A stretch of 64,000 nt of DNA, from assembly GCA_013265495.1 (NCBI GenBank), contig MU058065.1, positions 1,013,527 through 1,077,526 of the forward strand, read 5' to 3'. This stretch comes from Vicugna vicugna. Lineage: Eukaryota. Shown piece by piece: positions 25,203 through 38,869 of the stretch (its first letter is position 1; each line of letters starts with the position of its first letter). Under the pieces are notes generated by a model. That model searched no databases and had not been told where the DNA came from. It saw only the letters and a list, made by a program, of their open reading frames with translations. The position numbers and the translations under genes are program-made.

Positions 25203-25237
25203 CTGCAGTGCCTGTCTTGGACAGCAGATGGCAGTGC
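25203..25237 (+). promoter_or_regulatory. Candidate CTCF site with upstream (ZF9-11) motif
   Basis: cTGCAGTGCC (25203-25212) followed by core ACAGCAGATGGCAGTG (25221-25236), at the usual upstream-motif spacing; motif match only. Confidence 0.6.
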
Positions 25238-25895
25238 AAATACAGGTGACACGTACTCTGGTCCTCTTACAAGCTTCCAGAACTAGTCTCTGTGCATGCA
25301 CAGCATAAGTCAGACAGAACCTTCTTTTCTGCAATGTTTTCTGTGGCTTTTCACAGAAACAAAAAGGGCATTCTTTGTGAATATTGGTGGTGTGATGTGC
25401 CCACAGGGCCCTTCCAAAGTAAGCCTACAGCTGTCAACCAGGAGCAATGCCAGGGCCCACTCTTCCCCGAGATGGGAACAGGGTGGGGCCACGTTCCCTG
25501 CAGTGAAAGATACAAGGAGCAGGCAGGAGAGTCAAAACTCAGGCCAGCATGTTGTCAGCATGATTCTCAAACAAGATTCATCTACAGAGAGGGGAGTAAG
25601 GTGAAGGTACCTTCTGTGTTATCTGAATTCCCCAAGAGGATCACACAGAGAATAGGTGGAAGTTCAGAATTTCTCTAACAAGAATGAAATTACTATCAAG
25701 TTGCATTTTTTTCTATCAGTTTTCAGGGCATCTGTAGGTTATACAATGTCCTAGTTTATCCATGTGCTTAGTAGAAATCAAGTTAAAGGGACTGTGTGAG
25801 TATATACACCCACACATAGAGGTATGTACAGAATATGATAGTAAGTTAGCTGACGGCAAATCAGATCACAAATCTGACCCATAGGTGGCTAAGAT

Positions 25896-25933
25896 ACACA
25901 CACACACACATACACACACACACACACACACAC
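25896..25933. repeat. (CA)n microsatellite
   Basis: About 18 CA units with one TA interruption. Confidence 0.9.
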
Positions 25934-26073
25934 CAGTTAATATCACCAAACTCCTTGACTCCAAAGTGCTCCCATAGCTTTAACCAATCACTTTGCTATA
26001 AGAAAGATGAGAAAAAGAATATAAATAGCTTAGAGAAACCCTTACAAACCACTGGAAAACAAAGTCTAGCATC

Positions 26074-26202
26074 CTTTCTTTCTGAAGCAGGGACAGTGAT
26101 ACCCTCTATGTATGTGTGTGTATAACTGAATCACTTTGCTGTACACCTGAAGCTAACACTGAAAATCAACTACACTTCAATAAAAATAAAGTTATAAAAA
26201 AA
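26074..26202 (+). mobile_element. 5'-truncated L1 3' end
   Basis: tataactgaatcactttgctgtacacctgaagctaacac...aatcaactacacttcaataaaa plus A tail; TSD aaagtctagcatc (26061-26073) / aaagtcaagcacc (26203-26215). Confidence 0.85.
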
Positions 26203-29200
26203 AAAGTCAAGCACCATCGCAGACCCACATGGGCTCCTTGAAGGCAGAGGTCACCTGTCCTCACCTTACGGGGCGCTGTTCAGGACAGGTGTTCTCCCAA
26301 GTTCGCTGCATGAGTAAACGGCTGAACCAAGGACAGACAAGCACACAGAATGTTGCTCTTTTATTAGGGGGGAAGAGTACATGTGACAAGATTGCTCAGG
26401 TGCTGGAGAATTAATTTTTAGATATAGCAAAACAATCGGTTATAAACAGCTCTCCCTCAGTTACAGGAAGAGGGAAATTTCACGGGTCAGAGAGCAGAGA
26501 AGACACCTCTCTGAATTCATGAGGCAGGTAATTGGGGGTCGCTTATTTGTCTTCATAATTCCGTTTCCCATGGTTTAGGATGATAACGCATTAGCTGACT
26601 TGGTAAATCTGATCCCTGAGTTTAAAATCCATAAGGGGCTTTCTGTCATTTCAAGGTGAGAATCACAGACAGGGCCGGCTCAGCCTTGCCCTTGTCAGGT
26701 TTCCTCTCCAAGCCACGCCCACACATGCCCCACCCGGAGTCACAGGGTCATCACACCTCCTGGGTCTTTCCCCTGGGCTGTTCTCTCTCCTAAGTCACCT
26801 GAGGTCTCAATTCCCAGGTGGTTAGCAAGCTCCTGAAGAGACAGTGCAGTGTCATTTTCCTTGGTGGCTTTTGTCACAGATTGTAATTATATTTTTAACT
26901 TTTGTGATTAGTAGCCATCTCCCCCACTGGCATGTGCTCAGTGCCTGATAACTTTATATTGGAAAAAAGAAATAGAAGAATAAAGGAATGGATGAATACC
27001 TGAATGAATTCGTGAACTGAACATGGAGGTAGAAATAGAGAAACTCAACCTACTTAAGTCATGGGAAGAGAGCTGTGCTGAGGGTCAGAAACCTGACATC
27101 CTATTTGAACACATTACTTCCCAGTGAGTCTGAGCCACTTCACTGGTTCCTTTTGAGCTGCAGCCTGGTCACCTAGATTATCAGATCGCAACACCAGCCC
27201 ACAGATGCACGGGCTTTGTGTGAAGATCATATGAAATACCTCTTGTAACAGTATTTTAAAAGCTAACACATGGTTTATAAATATAAGCCATTTAAAATGG
27301 GTCATGGATAATCAACAAAGGTGACAAACTTAAATTCCATAATTCTGGCTAAATATAACTTGCAATCATCTGAGAGCAAATTTTATAATCATGTTAGATT
27401 CTATTGCTGTGTGTGTGTGTGTGTGTTTTTAACTTGTATATTTAACTATTAATTTGAACATAAAATACTTTAAAATCCTTTGGTTTCTTCAAGTCACAAA
27501 AAGTCTTATTGCAGTAATAATTTAAATGCCTACCTCCTTACCTTAATCAGAATTTTGAACTTTATTTCAAGGAAACATCTCTCTCCTGGCCCATTCAGGC
27601 CCTCTCTCCTCGCAAACAGAGGAGGTGAAGTGTCTCTCTTTGCCTGACAAGGTTCCTACTCTGCTGTCCCCAGCTTGGCTCCCACCAGGTCTGCCGTCAG
27701 GAGGCCCAAGGAAGGGGGGGGGGGCTGGCGTGTCTCACTCTCTGGCCTAGTGAGAAAGGAGAGACAGGTGAATCTTCTCTTCTTGGGTGCTTTCAAGTGT
27801 GCCCTGAAGGCTCCTCATACTGGCCATCTCCCACCTGGGGGTTTCCTGGCTGTCTGCCCACTGGGCATCCTGTGGATGGACCCTGAACCATGTCCAGCAG
27901 AGTCCTTGCCCCTCCAGGACAGTCACACGACCTAAGCCATCTCCAGAGTTTCTCTCCATGGTCTGGTCTGGTCCATGGGAAACATGCACCCTTAACCCAC
28001 CATCCCTGGCTGCAGAGTTACTTGCCATGAAGTTTTCTGCTCTGTGGTCACAGGCCATTCAGCTAACCTCCTGTGCTTTTTATTTTTGATGTCCCTTCAA
28101 TGACTAGAAACAAATAATAAGATGTCCAGGGGGTCCCGTGAAAGTCTCCCTGACTTGACTTCTCACTGGGGGAGACAAGTGTCACATGGGGATCTCTCTC
28201 TCTTTCTCCCCCTCCCCGCCACCTCACACAAACACCCACACGCACGCACATTCATTCACACACACAGAGTTTATCTCAAAGTCTCTCTAATGTCTGGTTT
28301 CCAGCTTAGCCTCTACCCCCTCTCCTAGGCTAGAGAAGAGAGCTCACTTAAGGACAGTCATTCACTTTGATCACTTCCCTTGCAGGTCCTGCTTCTGTAG
28401 TCCAGCTTTTTCCCTTGGAATGCGAGAGGAATTACCTCCTATCATTTTGTAACTAACCTGCTGCATTTTGTATCCTGCTGGGTTACATCCAAACCCTGCA
28501 TAAGCTACTCTTTGGCTATTTAAAATGATTAAGACCAAAGCCTCTTTTTCTGGCTGTTTCTCAAAGCTGTATCATCAGAATCCGGAGAAACACAAATGAA
28601 ACCATTTCTCTGGTGAGCACAAATTGTAGCAGCCAGAAGTCACAGTTTTCCGCAGAGAAATAAAAGTGGGACGATTGGGGAATGTAACTTCCATTACTCT
28701 CCAAAGACTCTCCAAGTGAGAATTGTGTTACGTGTTCACTGCTAGAATTCAGAAAGGGAGAGTGAAACTGGAGAGTGTGAAATTAGGAAGGAGAGCCTAG
28801 CAGCCAGATCTGGCCAGTGTTCCCTGAGGAAATAACCCAGCACCCAATTAGAGCTGGCGTGGAGAGCAGACGCGGGGAGCTGAGTTCTGGTGCCTGAGCC
28901 CACGGAGCAGAATGACAGCCTTGAGGGTCATAGACACGAAGCCCCCAGCTGCCTGAGGCTGATGGGGAGCCACGCAGGAAGTTAGTCAGTAGCCTCCGGC
29001 GAAGCCCAAATTACAGAGAAGGGACTTCAATTCCACCAGGCTGGTTTGGTGTTCCTGTTGTGTAATAATATGAATACACAAGCCCCAAATGGTGAAACTA
29101 TGACAGTTAAAAATGATGCTTTGGAAAGCGGGACAGTGAAGCAAAAAATGAGAGATGGGTTTTCACTCTTTCTTTGACTTTAGTTTTTCAATGAGCATGC

Positions 29201-29210
29201 TTCACTCATA

Positions 29211-29246
29211 TAACAATAACAACAACAACAACAATAATAATAATAA
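29211..29246. repeat. (AAC)n(AAT)n compound microsatellite
   Basis: aacaataacaacaacaacaacaataataataataa. Confidence 0.85.
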
Positions 29247-29294
29247 AATATTTCCATTCGAGGGAAACAAGCAAAACTCAAGCAGACCACGGCA

Positions 29295-29795
29295 TCTATA
29301 ATCAGTTAATAGTTTCACATGACACCCAAACTTAGTGACTGATAAGGACTCTCGCTCAGCTTTGTTCATGAGTCTGTGGGTCAGCTGGGTGGTTTTTCTG
29401 GTCTGGGCTGGGCTCACTCATGCATCCGTGGTCGGCTGTGAATCAGGGAGAGGCTTCTGCTGTTTCATGCTGTGCTTCCTCATTGGTTTGCGGGTTGGCT
29501 GGCGGAAGACCCAGGACTCGTGGCTTTCCTCTGTGTGTATCTCATCCTCCGACAGGCTAACTCAAGTTCATTTACATGATGCTGTCAGGGTTGGAAAAAG
29601 TGAGTGGGAGCGCTGGTGGCCTCTCGCGGCTGAGGCTTGGAACTGACACACAGTCACTTCCATCTCATTCTATTGGTCAACGCAAGACACAAGGCCAACC
29701 CAGATTTAAGGGGTAGGAAATAGATCTTACCCCTTGACAAGGAGCTATTAAGCATGTTTGCAAAAACTGTGGCTACAGGGAGAGGGGACTATTAC
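29295..29795 (-). mobile_element. MLT1 (ERVL-MaLR) LTR
   Basis: cccaaacttagtgact...agtctgtgggtcagctggg...gtcacttccatctcattctattggtcaa...aaggccaacccagatttaaggggtaggaaatagat. Confidence 0.75.
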
Positions 29796-29929
29796 TGCAC
29801 TAAGCATCCCAAAGGCGCCAAGCCACATGAAAAAAGGCAGAGGGAGAAGAGGATAGGGTTTGGGAATTATGTAGTCATGTTAAAATGTTTAATACTAATC
29901 AGGTTCTAAGAGTAAATCTTTTCCATCCG

Positions 29930-30300
29930 CACTTCCATGAGCTTCAGAGAATGCTCCATCCCTTCCTACTTGCCTTGTTCCTGCTCATGTTTGTACCAAA
30001 TTTAATATCACTTTCTCCAGGAAGCCTGTCTGAATTACCTTCCTTCTAGACAGGGGATAAATGATGTGACTGTGCCCAGCATTTCCTCCTCATAGCATTT
30101 ACAAGGATCTGTTATTTTGCCTTCCATCTTCCTCGCTAAACCATGAGCTCTGGGAAGGCAGGGTCAGGTCCACCACATCGACCTTGTGCCCCCTGCACCC
30201 CCAGCACCTAGTCCCTGCGTGGCACAGAGGAGATGCTGAATACATTTTTGTTAAGTAAATACAAAAGGAATGAATGAATGAGTAGATGAATGAATGTCTA
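29930..30300 (+). mobile_element. L2 3' end
   Basis: atcactttctccaggaagcctgtc...taaaccatgagctctgggaaggcagg...gaatgaatgaatg. Confidence 0.65.
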
Positions 30301-31399
30301 ATTGGGTATTTACTAAAGGCGTGTACATTAGTGGATATCGATATTTTCCTGTGATGCCCACATCCTTGCTGACGTGGTTTTAAAGCCCGCTCATTGCCGC
30401 CCAGCAGAAAAGAAACACTGCGAGAGGTTAAGCTTAGTTTTCATAGCCGCGTATAATGAATGCACCAGCCCAGTTCTAAAGCCTGCCCCTGACACGTTCT
30501 CCAAATTTCATAAATACAGACTTGAGGGGATCCAAAACTGGCCTTTACACTCTCCTAAAATCCTGGTTGGAAAATGCTCAAATAAACAAAATATTAATTT
30601 ACTAACATTTGGAAAGCAAGGTTTACTTGCACTTGAAAAAGAAGAAAAACTACATTGATTTATTATGGTTTGCAGGAATGATTGTCAAAAATACTGTTCC
30701 GCAATTCCCAGTCCTGCTGCCCGATTCATGCTGCTTGTCTGTTTTTCATTCTCTGAACGTGTGTGCAGAGGGGATGCTTCCTGGATATGGGTTGCCAGGA
30801 GGTTTATGGGTAAAGTCAGCCAGTCATTCCAGCATTATTATGTAAAGTATGGTAAATGTGTTTCAGAATTTCAAGAGGCAAGCATCCTTCTTATAAATCA
30901 ACTGATGATAATCAGTTTTCAAAGACTACACTCTTGGGTTCCATTGCTGTTCCCTCTCCTGAATCCCAGTTTGCTGCTGCTTCTGTGAAATGGCCCCCGT
31001 TCTGCTAAATCTTCTTCCCAGGGATCTATGCTTAGGTCTTTGGCTAACATCCTAACATTTCTGTAAACTTTCCAATCTTTAAGGCATGATTAGAATATGA
31101 ACTGGAGTTGAAAATATCTTACGAACCATAGTGTGGGGTGTAGGTGTGCTAAGTACCACATTGGAGGTGGAGATCTCACCGTCCCCAGCAAAAGAACCCG
31201 TGACTCCTTTTGCCACCCTTCTGCTACCTTCTCTGTCTAAATTCTGCTCAGTTTAGGGCCCAGCTCAGATGCCACTACTCACAGGAAACTTTCTTTCATT
31301 ACCCCAAACCAGTGATTCTCTCAGCTCTCCTGCAAAGATATCTGCAAAAGTATCAGAATCACACACCCAGAACAAGTATTTATTTAACATTCATGGTGT

Positions 31400-31625
31400 T
31401 CCAGACCCCATGGTAAGTGTGTTAATATGTTATCTCACTTAATCCTCACCTTTAATTCTCAATACTATCTGAGTTAAGTATCATTATCATCTATGAGTTA
31501 GGTATCAATAGTCTCTATGAGTTAGGTATCACTATCTTTTTATGGATAAAGCTCAGAGAGATAAAGGGACATGACCAGTGTCATCACTAACAAAAAACAG
31601 AATCTTGACTTCAATTCGGACTTTC
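31400..31625 (-). mobile_element. MIR SINE
   Basis: tgttatctcacttaatcctcac...ttttatggataaagctcagagagataaagggacatgacc. Confidence 0.6.
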
Positions 31626-34600
31626 TGGATGCGCAAACCTCAGTGCCCAAAGATTATATTATAATTTATGCATGCACTTATAATTAGTATAAAATGTATT
31701 ATTCTATGAATGTGAAGTACTAAAAGTGGCATATTTCTTTGCTTTCTTCAAATAAAATTAAAGTCATACATTTCACTTCTCTGAACTTGTGTGTGCACAG
31801 GACTTCTCCTGGATATGAATGGCTGATCCATGAATGGTGGTGGAAAAATGCTTCCTTTCAACAGAACAGGAAAAGGGCCAGAAGTGTTCTGCAGATCAGA
31901 ATGTATCAGATGGCCCTTTTAGCCTTCAGCCCACACTAGTTAATATATGGGACTCTATTTCCCAAGCATCAATACCCCATTGAAGGACAAGATTCCATAT
32001 TCTGGAGTTTGAGATCATAAAGCATAAAGTCCAGCCTCACTGGAAATCCTTTGCCAACTTTACCCCATCTGTCCTCTCTCCAGATCAGAGGCTGTGCCTC
32101 TTTGCCAGGAGGCTGAGAAAGGATTTGGCCCTTGGTCCTTACTACTCATGGAATGCCAGTCTCTGTTCCTCTTCCAGAGTCAAGATATTGTCCCTCCCTT
32201 CTTGATCATCACAGGCCACGTGCCTCTCTCTAATACCCGCTCCTATTCTTAGCATAGCTTTCTCAAGGAGATGCAGCTTCTGGAAAATAAAAGCCAGGAG
32301 GACAGGATGTTTACTGACACCTTCTGCTTCTGCTATAATCCAGCCTCTCTGTGCTTCAGGGTCAAATGCATGCCTCCACATAATGGTCATCAATTGATTT
32401 TTCAAGCCAGAAAATGCACACCGACATTCTTGATGTCTTTTCCAGCCAGAGGAGGCAAATTCTTTGATTCAATGTTTTGTTTTGTTTTAATTGAGCTCTG
32501 TTTACAATTTGAGAGATTTTACATTATAGTCATTAAATCTGGGAAACTGAGGTGAGCATGTCTCACAGTGAGCATCAACTCTGTCCCCCTGAGATGCTCC
32601 TGTGCTCTACAGGTCACCTGCATTTCCATCATTCCATCCTAATGTTCATCAGCTGGCAATAGATTTTCTTTGTAATGCAGAAATATTCCCTGTATTTATG
32701 CTTCTAAAAATGTGGAAATATATGACTTAGACCCAAAGGATTTCAAGTTTCAAGAAAAATGGGGGAAGTATTTTCCTTTGTAGGAGCAAAAACCATTCCT
32801 ATATATGTAACATATGTCTGATCTGAAGGAGGCAATCTCCTAATTCACTCACTGATGTTCCCTGCCTATCACCACGCTTCTCAGTTAGCACCCCGTGGTA
32901 GACCTTCGCAGAAGAGCAGAAACACACAAGGTTGGACACACAGAAACTGAGGTATTTTTAAGGTCATTTCATTTATAGCATTAACCCAAGGCCTTCTGAG
33001 TCTACTTCCAAAATTGCGTTTATAGTCAGGCTCGCCTGGTAGGACCAACTCAGGAGAGGTCTGCCTCAGCATTTGTTCACCTTCCTCATCCCAGATAGAA
33101 AGTTCTCTCTCTAGATTTCTACTCAATTAATAATAATAAATGATTTTTTAAAGACCTGATAGAATCCTGGTCTAAGACTCAATGTATCCCATTACACCTT
33201 CCATTCTTTCTCTAGCCTGCACTAATTTTCTATTCTCTGAATGATTTTAAATGCATAGTGAAAAGTAGACAGTAATAAAAAATACATTTAGCTATAATCT
33301 GATTCATTTATGTTCAATATTTTTGTGTCATAAAGAAGCATAGTAAGATCTTTGAGTGGCAGAGACTGTGTTTTATGTGTTGTATACTGTATTGTGTGTG
33401 TGTGTGTCTGTGTGTGTATCCCCCAGAAACCATAACAGAACTGGATACAAGCTGCTTGGAAAATTTATTTATTGATTTAGTGATTAAACTCTACATTTTT
33501 GTTAATACTATATTTGCTTGTATACTTTTTACTCTTTGCCATTATTTTCACGAGCATTTGGGTCCCAGTCCTCCACCGCCTTCAAGTATCACCCCCCAGG
33601 GAATCTCTGATTTACTAAACAGCAGTGACTTTAATAAAGTACCAGAGCAACCAGTGGCACTGTTAATTAGACCAGAAGTCTCCTGACACGCTCGCCTGCT
33701 TTACTTCAGCACTTCCTCCATTCCTCAAAAGAGCTGTTAAGAACTAGCATTTCCAGTAGCTGAACTACTTTTGTTAAAGCAAATAGTCTGTGACTGGTAG
33801 TAGCTGGTGTGTGTGTGTCTATGTCTATGTGTGTGTGTTAGTGACAGACAGAGAGAAAGAGAGAGAACCAGAGACAGAGAGGTGACTGTCAGAGAGGGCA
33901 CGCTCTGAAGGTGAAATTAGTGGAATCTTCACGGTTAGGTGGGGAGTCGAGTAACTTCTCGTTTAGGGAAGGGGGTTAATGATCACAGTTCTAGTGTTTC
34001 TGGTAGCGAATCCATCCAGTGGCCCCACTTGGTCACTTGACACTTGGTCAAGTGTCAAGGAGACAATAATGAGGAAGTATAAAGAGAAAAGGGATAAAGA
34101 GTAAACTCTGACTTATTCTCTTCTGTTCCAAAAAAAGCAAGTCCAAGCTGCTCTCTTCGTGTAGTTATTTGACTGTTCTGAATGAAGGCCATTTCACTGA
34201 GGAGTATAATTCTTTAAGGAGTGCACCATTTGTTTAAAACCCCAAGGTTGAGTGAACTTCAAATATTATACATTTTTGCTAGTGGAATCATGGCATTTTC
34301 TAGTATAGAACTGGCACATTTTTGGTTCTTTCATTTTAGAAAAATTAAAACTACCAATGTAAGAAATATTTTTCCTTTTCTCCTTTTTCCCTCAAAATTG
34401 GTAGAAGGGTAGTCTCAAGAGATACAATTGCAGTGATATATTTGCAAGGCACTGACTTCTAAAAGTTCAAGTTCTTGTGATGCTCTTTTGAGTGTTCAGG
34501 CTGACCTGTTTCCCTTTCACATGAAAAGCCCTAACTGGCACAGACATCATACATGTGACTCCACATTTGCCCCTACATTTCACACTTCTTTTAATATGGA

Positions 34601-35082
34601 TACAAAAATGTCTTTATCAAAAACGTAACAAAAATTTTTTTCTCCTTCCACATTTATCTACCTCCCTCATAAGCTAAGATGGAGAATGTGAGGAACTAAA
34701 GTGTGTGTGTTATTTCTTCTGGTCAGTAGACAATTTACTGCTCTACAAACAGAGCTTAAAAACCCGGCGGAGCAGATTGTAGATGACATAAACCAAAAGA
34801 GATGTTCTGGGAGTTTGCAGTGGGAGAAAGTGAAAGTCGCGTATGAATTCTGTTTACACTCTCAATTCCTTAGAAGAATCACGTCAAAGAATCAAAGATG
34901 TCTTACAGTTCACCCATTTTTACGCAACGTACTAAGAGTTTGGTCAAACTTCAATTGTAGATCATCTCATTGTTTCATTTCCATTTGTATCACAGGTTCT
35001 CTCCCTCTGCCCACACTTTTCATACAATAGATATTATTTTACTTTATTAAGCATGTCTGTATGTAGTCTAATAACAGTGTTT

Positions 35083-35354
35083 TAAGTGAAATGAGCCAGA
35101 AAGAGAAAGAAAAATACCATATGATATCACTTATATATGAAATCTTTAAAAAGACACAAATGAACTTATTTATAAGACAGAAACATATTCACAGACATAG
35201 AAAACAAACTTATGGTTACTAGAGAGGGAAAAGGGTGTGAAAGGATAAATTGGGAGATCAAGATTTACTGATACTAACTACTATATATGAAATAGATAAA
35301 TAACAAGCTTATACTTATAGCACAGGGAATAATATTCACCACCCTGTAGTAACC
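35083..35354 (+). mobile_element. L1 fragment (ORF2 end / 3' UTR) lacking the extreme 3' end
   Basis: taagtgaaatgagccagaaagagaaagaaaaataccatatgatatcacttata...cacagacatagaaaacaaacttatggttac; no poly(A) tail or TSD seen. Confidence 0.85.
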
Positions 35355-35399
35355 GCCGCCCACACTTCAAAATGTTTGGACTCCCCAGTGTTCAAGTTC

Positions 35400-36680
35400 A
35401 CTTTCATCTCATCTCAGGTTCCTGCCTTCCTAGGTTAGAATCATCCAGTCTTAGGATACCAGCCCTGCCAAAGGGCCCTATTCTCAGTCTCTATTTCCAC
35501 TAAATCTCTAGCTCCAGACCTAGAATCCCAACTGTCCACTAGCTTCCCAGTTAGGTCTCAGAGCACTTCCAAATTAACACAGTCAAAATTTAAGTCCATG
35601 CTTTCCTATCCAACATGAGATGTTGTTTACCTTTGTCTTAGTAAATGGCCTCCCAGTCACCCATGCTTGAAGACTTGGAGTCATCACTGAAACTTTTAAG
35701 ATGAAAACTGGACTACATTAAATCTATCTGAAAAAAAGTTAAATGACTACAAAGTATCCACCCTATTGTTTAAAACTTAACCATCATGGGGCAGGTAACT
35801 GTCCATTGCTTATGTGGCAGCCCATTTATCCCTGCAAATACAATTTTGACGTCATTTCCAAATATAAGGAAGAGATCCCTTGATGTAAGGGAAAGAAAGG
35901 AACTCTGTAAGCTCATGGGAATCCCAAACCTCTTCACTCAGAGACTGATCTAGAGGACGTTCCTCAGGTATGACCAGCAAGATGAAAGAGAGAGTCTGCC
36001 ACATCAGCTCATGACCACAAGCATAATCGTCAAGGGGAGCAGACGAGAAGAGTTAGGAGAGGAAGTTCCTGGGTCCTCAATGATGTCCCCTATCAGTTAC
36101 AAGATTCCTGGAGCTGCCTAACTCCAGATTCAGTGCTATGGGGGGTTAACAGAGGCCACTATTACTTTAGCTACTGTCAATTGGTACTCTGGATGAAAGC
36201 ATTTCTGTTAATTGTGTGAGGTCCTTCAAGATTCTTGCTACCTGATCCCAACCTACTTTGCAGTTTCTTCAGTCAACCTTCCCCAGCCTTTCACACCAAA
36301 CCCAGTAGGATCTGACCCACAGAGTTTTAGGTTTCCATTCAGAAGGCAGATGCCCTTCTTCTGCATCCTCCTGGTGAGCAGCTCTTGATGTTTCAACTTC
36401 TAGCTCAGATGTTGCCTCCTCAAGCAGTGACCACTTTCTGTTTCCCCCAAAACCCTCTGCTTGTTCTTCCTGAAATCATACCCTCCCAAGAAAAATTAAT
36501 TTCTCTCTCCTCTGTTCTGCATGCTATTTGTATATAATACATTCGATTGCCACGATCCATCCATCCGTCTTGCACTTACCTTTGAGCACCCGAATGTGAG
36601 GATGTCTCACTCATCATTGTGCTCACAGATCCTAGAACAGTGGCTGTAACGTAATAAACACTCAGCTAACACTTCTGAGT
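35400..36680 (+). mobile_element. L2 fragments (interrupted by MLT1)
   Basis: atctctagctccagacc...ccaactgtccacta...agtaaatggcctcccagtcaccca; resumes at tccttcaagattcttgctacctgatccca...gtaataaacactca. Confidence 0.55.
35813..36210 (+). mobile_element. MLT1 (ERVL-MaLR) LTR nested in L2
   Basis: tgtggcagccc start; gagaggaagttcctgggtcctcaatgatgtc...cctggagctgcctaactccaga. Confidence 0.55.
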
Positions 36681-37569
36681 TTAATAAAATATCTGTGATC
36701 ACAACAGGAGCAGATGCTGTTCATGATTTTTGGACAGAACTGGTACAAACTTAGATAATCATTAACAATATACTGATAACAGACCTAAAATAGATCATAA
36801 TTCCCAAGTGACTAATGATGTCAAAGTTCTTTGAGAGTAGCTTTTTTCCCCCACAAAATACTATTTGTTCCCTACATTCTTTTCCTTTTTGACAAAATGC
36901 ACAGATATCTTCTTCTCATGTATCTATAGCTATTTCTACTGTATTATCATAAATATATTTTTAAATTTCTGCTAAATTCACAGCACGTTCCTTCCCTGAG
37001 ATTTGAACTCGTGCTGTTTGAGCTCATGATCGGTGCCATCACCAAAGCTTTAGGTTACACTTTAAGTCTGAGGAAGCTATTGCTCTGCCCCTGTGTGGGT
37101 ACTGTTCTAGAAACATCCTTTCCCCAGTGCAGAGATCGTTCATCCTGTTCCAGTTTTAACTTGTGCACGATTGTCAGAGAGACCACAGGCTAAATTCACG
37201 TTAATTGCTTTCCAAGATGAATATCAGAGTTGAAAAGAACATTAAAGGATTGGTCTTTTCTTCAAAGCTCTAACGCTCTTAAGGAATAGAAACCTGAAAA
37301 CTACAGGAGGTTGCTTGATTATTTGTTGTTTATCTCAATCGACAGCTCTCTGTGAGTCTGTCATGTAGATTCATCAGTTCAAAGCACACATAGCCTGCTT
37401 TTTAAAAAACTGATGTTTAATAACATTTGCCTACCAACAGTGCAAAATTGCATTTTTGCTCATTACATCACATGCCTCACATTTACTCTCTCTACTGCCT
37501 TCAGATGGTCTTTGCTACACTTTTGTCCTCAATTTTAGTTTCTATTCATTTTCCCAATTGCCTAAAATC

Positions 37570-38030
37570 TTTTTAAATTTATTTCTTATTGAAATGTAGT
37601 CAGTTTACAATCTTGTGTTAATTTCTGGCATACAGAACAGTGATTCAGTTACACATATACATATTTATATTCTTTTTCATTATGGGCTATTACAAAATAT
37701 TGAATATAGTTCCCTGTGTTATACAGTAGGACCTTGCTGTTTATTTTATATATAGTAGCATCTGCAAATCTCAAACTCCCAGTTTATCCCTCCCTCCGCA
37801 CTTTCCCCCTCTGATGACCACAATTTTGTTTTCTGTCTTTGAGTCTATTTTACAAGTAAACTCATTTGTGTCTTTTTTTTTTGGTATATTCCACATATAA
37901 GTGACATCATATGATATTTGTCTTTCTCTTTCTGATTTACTTCACTTATTATGACAATCTCCAGGTCCATACATGATGCTGCAAATGACGTTATTTTATT
38001 TTTTATGGCTGAGTACTATTCCATCATATA
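37570..38030 (-). mobile_element. 5'-truncated L1 3' end, same orientation as NYAP2
   Basis: tttttaaatttatttcttattgaaatgtagtcagtttacaatcttgtgttaatttctgg...ttatggctgagtactattccat, same family pattern as the 16923-17520 copy. Confidence 0.88.
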
Positions 38031-38318
38031 GTCTGAATCAAAGGAGGCATAAACTCTAAATCACTTCAACTTTATACACTGAAACTGCTTTAGATGAGAT
38101 GCTAGGATTTTTTTTTTTTGGGAAGAAATTTAGTAGCAGATGGTCAGAGTTGTCAGGGTTGCTGTGTTGCACAGCTCCAAAAAGTACCACTCACTTCTCT
38201 GTCTCCATGTGAATAATGTTCCCTGGAGTGTACCACACACTGTGACCTCCTTTTGTGTGAAGGCTACTTACAGTGTCTCTATGAGTAGATACAGAGATAT
38301 CTGTAGTTACGGTTCTCA

Positions 38319-38609
<291 letters not shown>

Positions 38610-38869
38610 TTAACCAAATTGTATTCTGTTAAACGAAAGTCAAATCCTTCCCAGATCCCTTAAAAGAAATTAAAGAAAGATTTTCTAAAATATTTTTAGT
38701 ATATTTTTGGAAACTTGGACCTGTGTTGGAGATAACAATACTTAAATAAAACAGGGACAGAGATCATGGATTTTTCTCAGCTGGGCAGGTTAATATCCCT
38801 GGGAAATAGTTCTCTCTTTGACAGTGGAGAACCTCGATGAATCTCGAGTATCCTTTAGAAACTCTTCCC

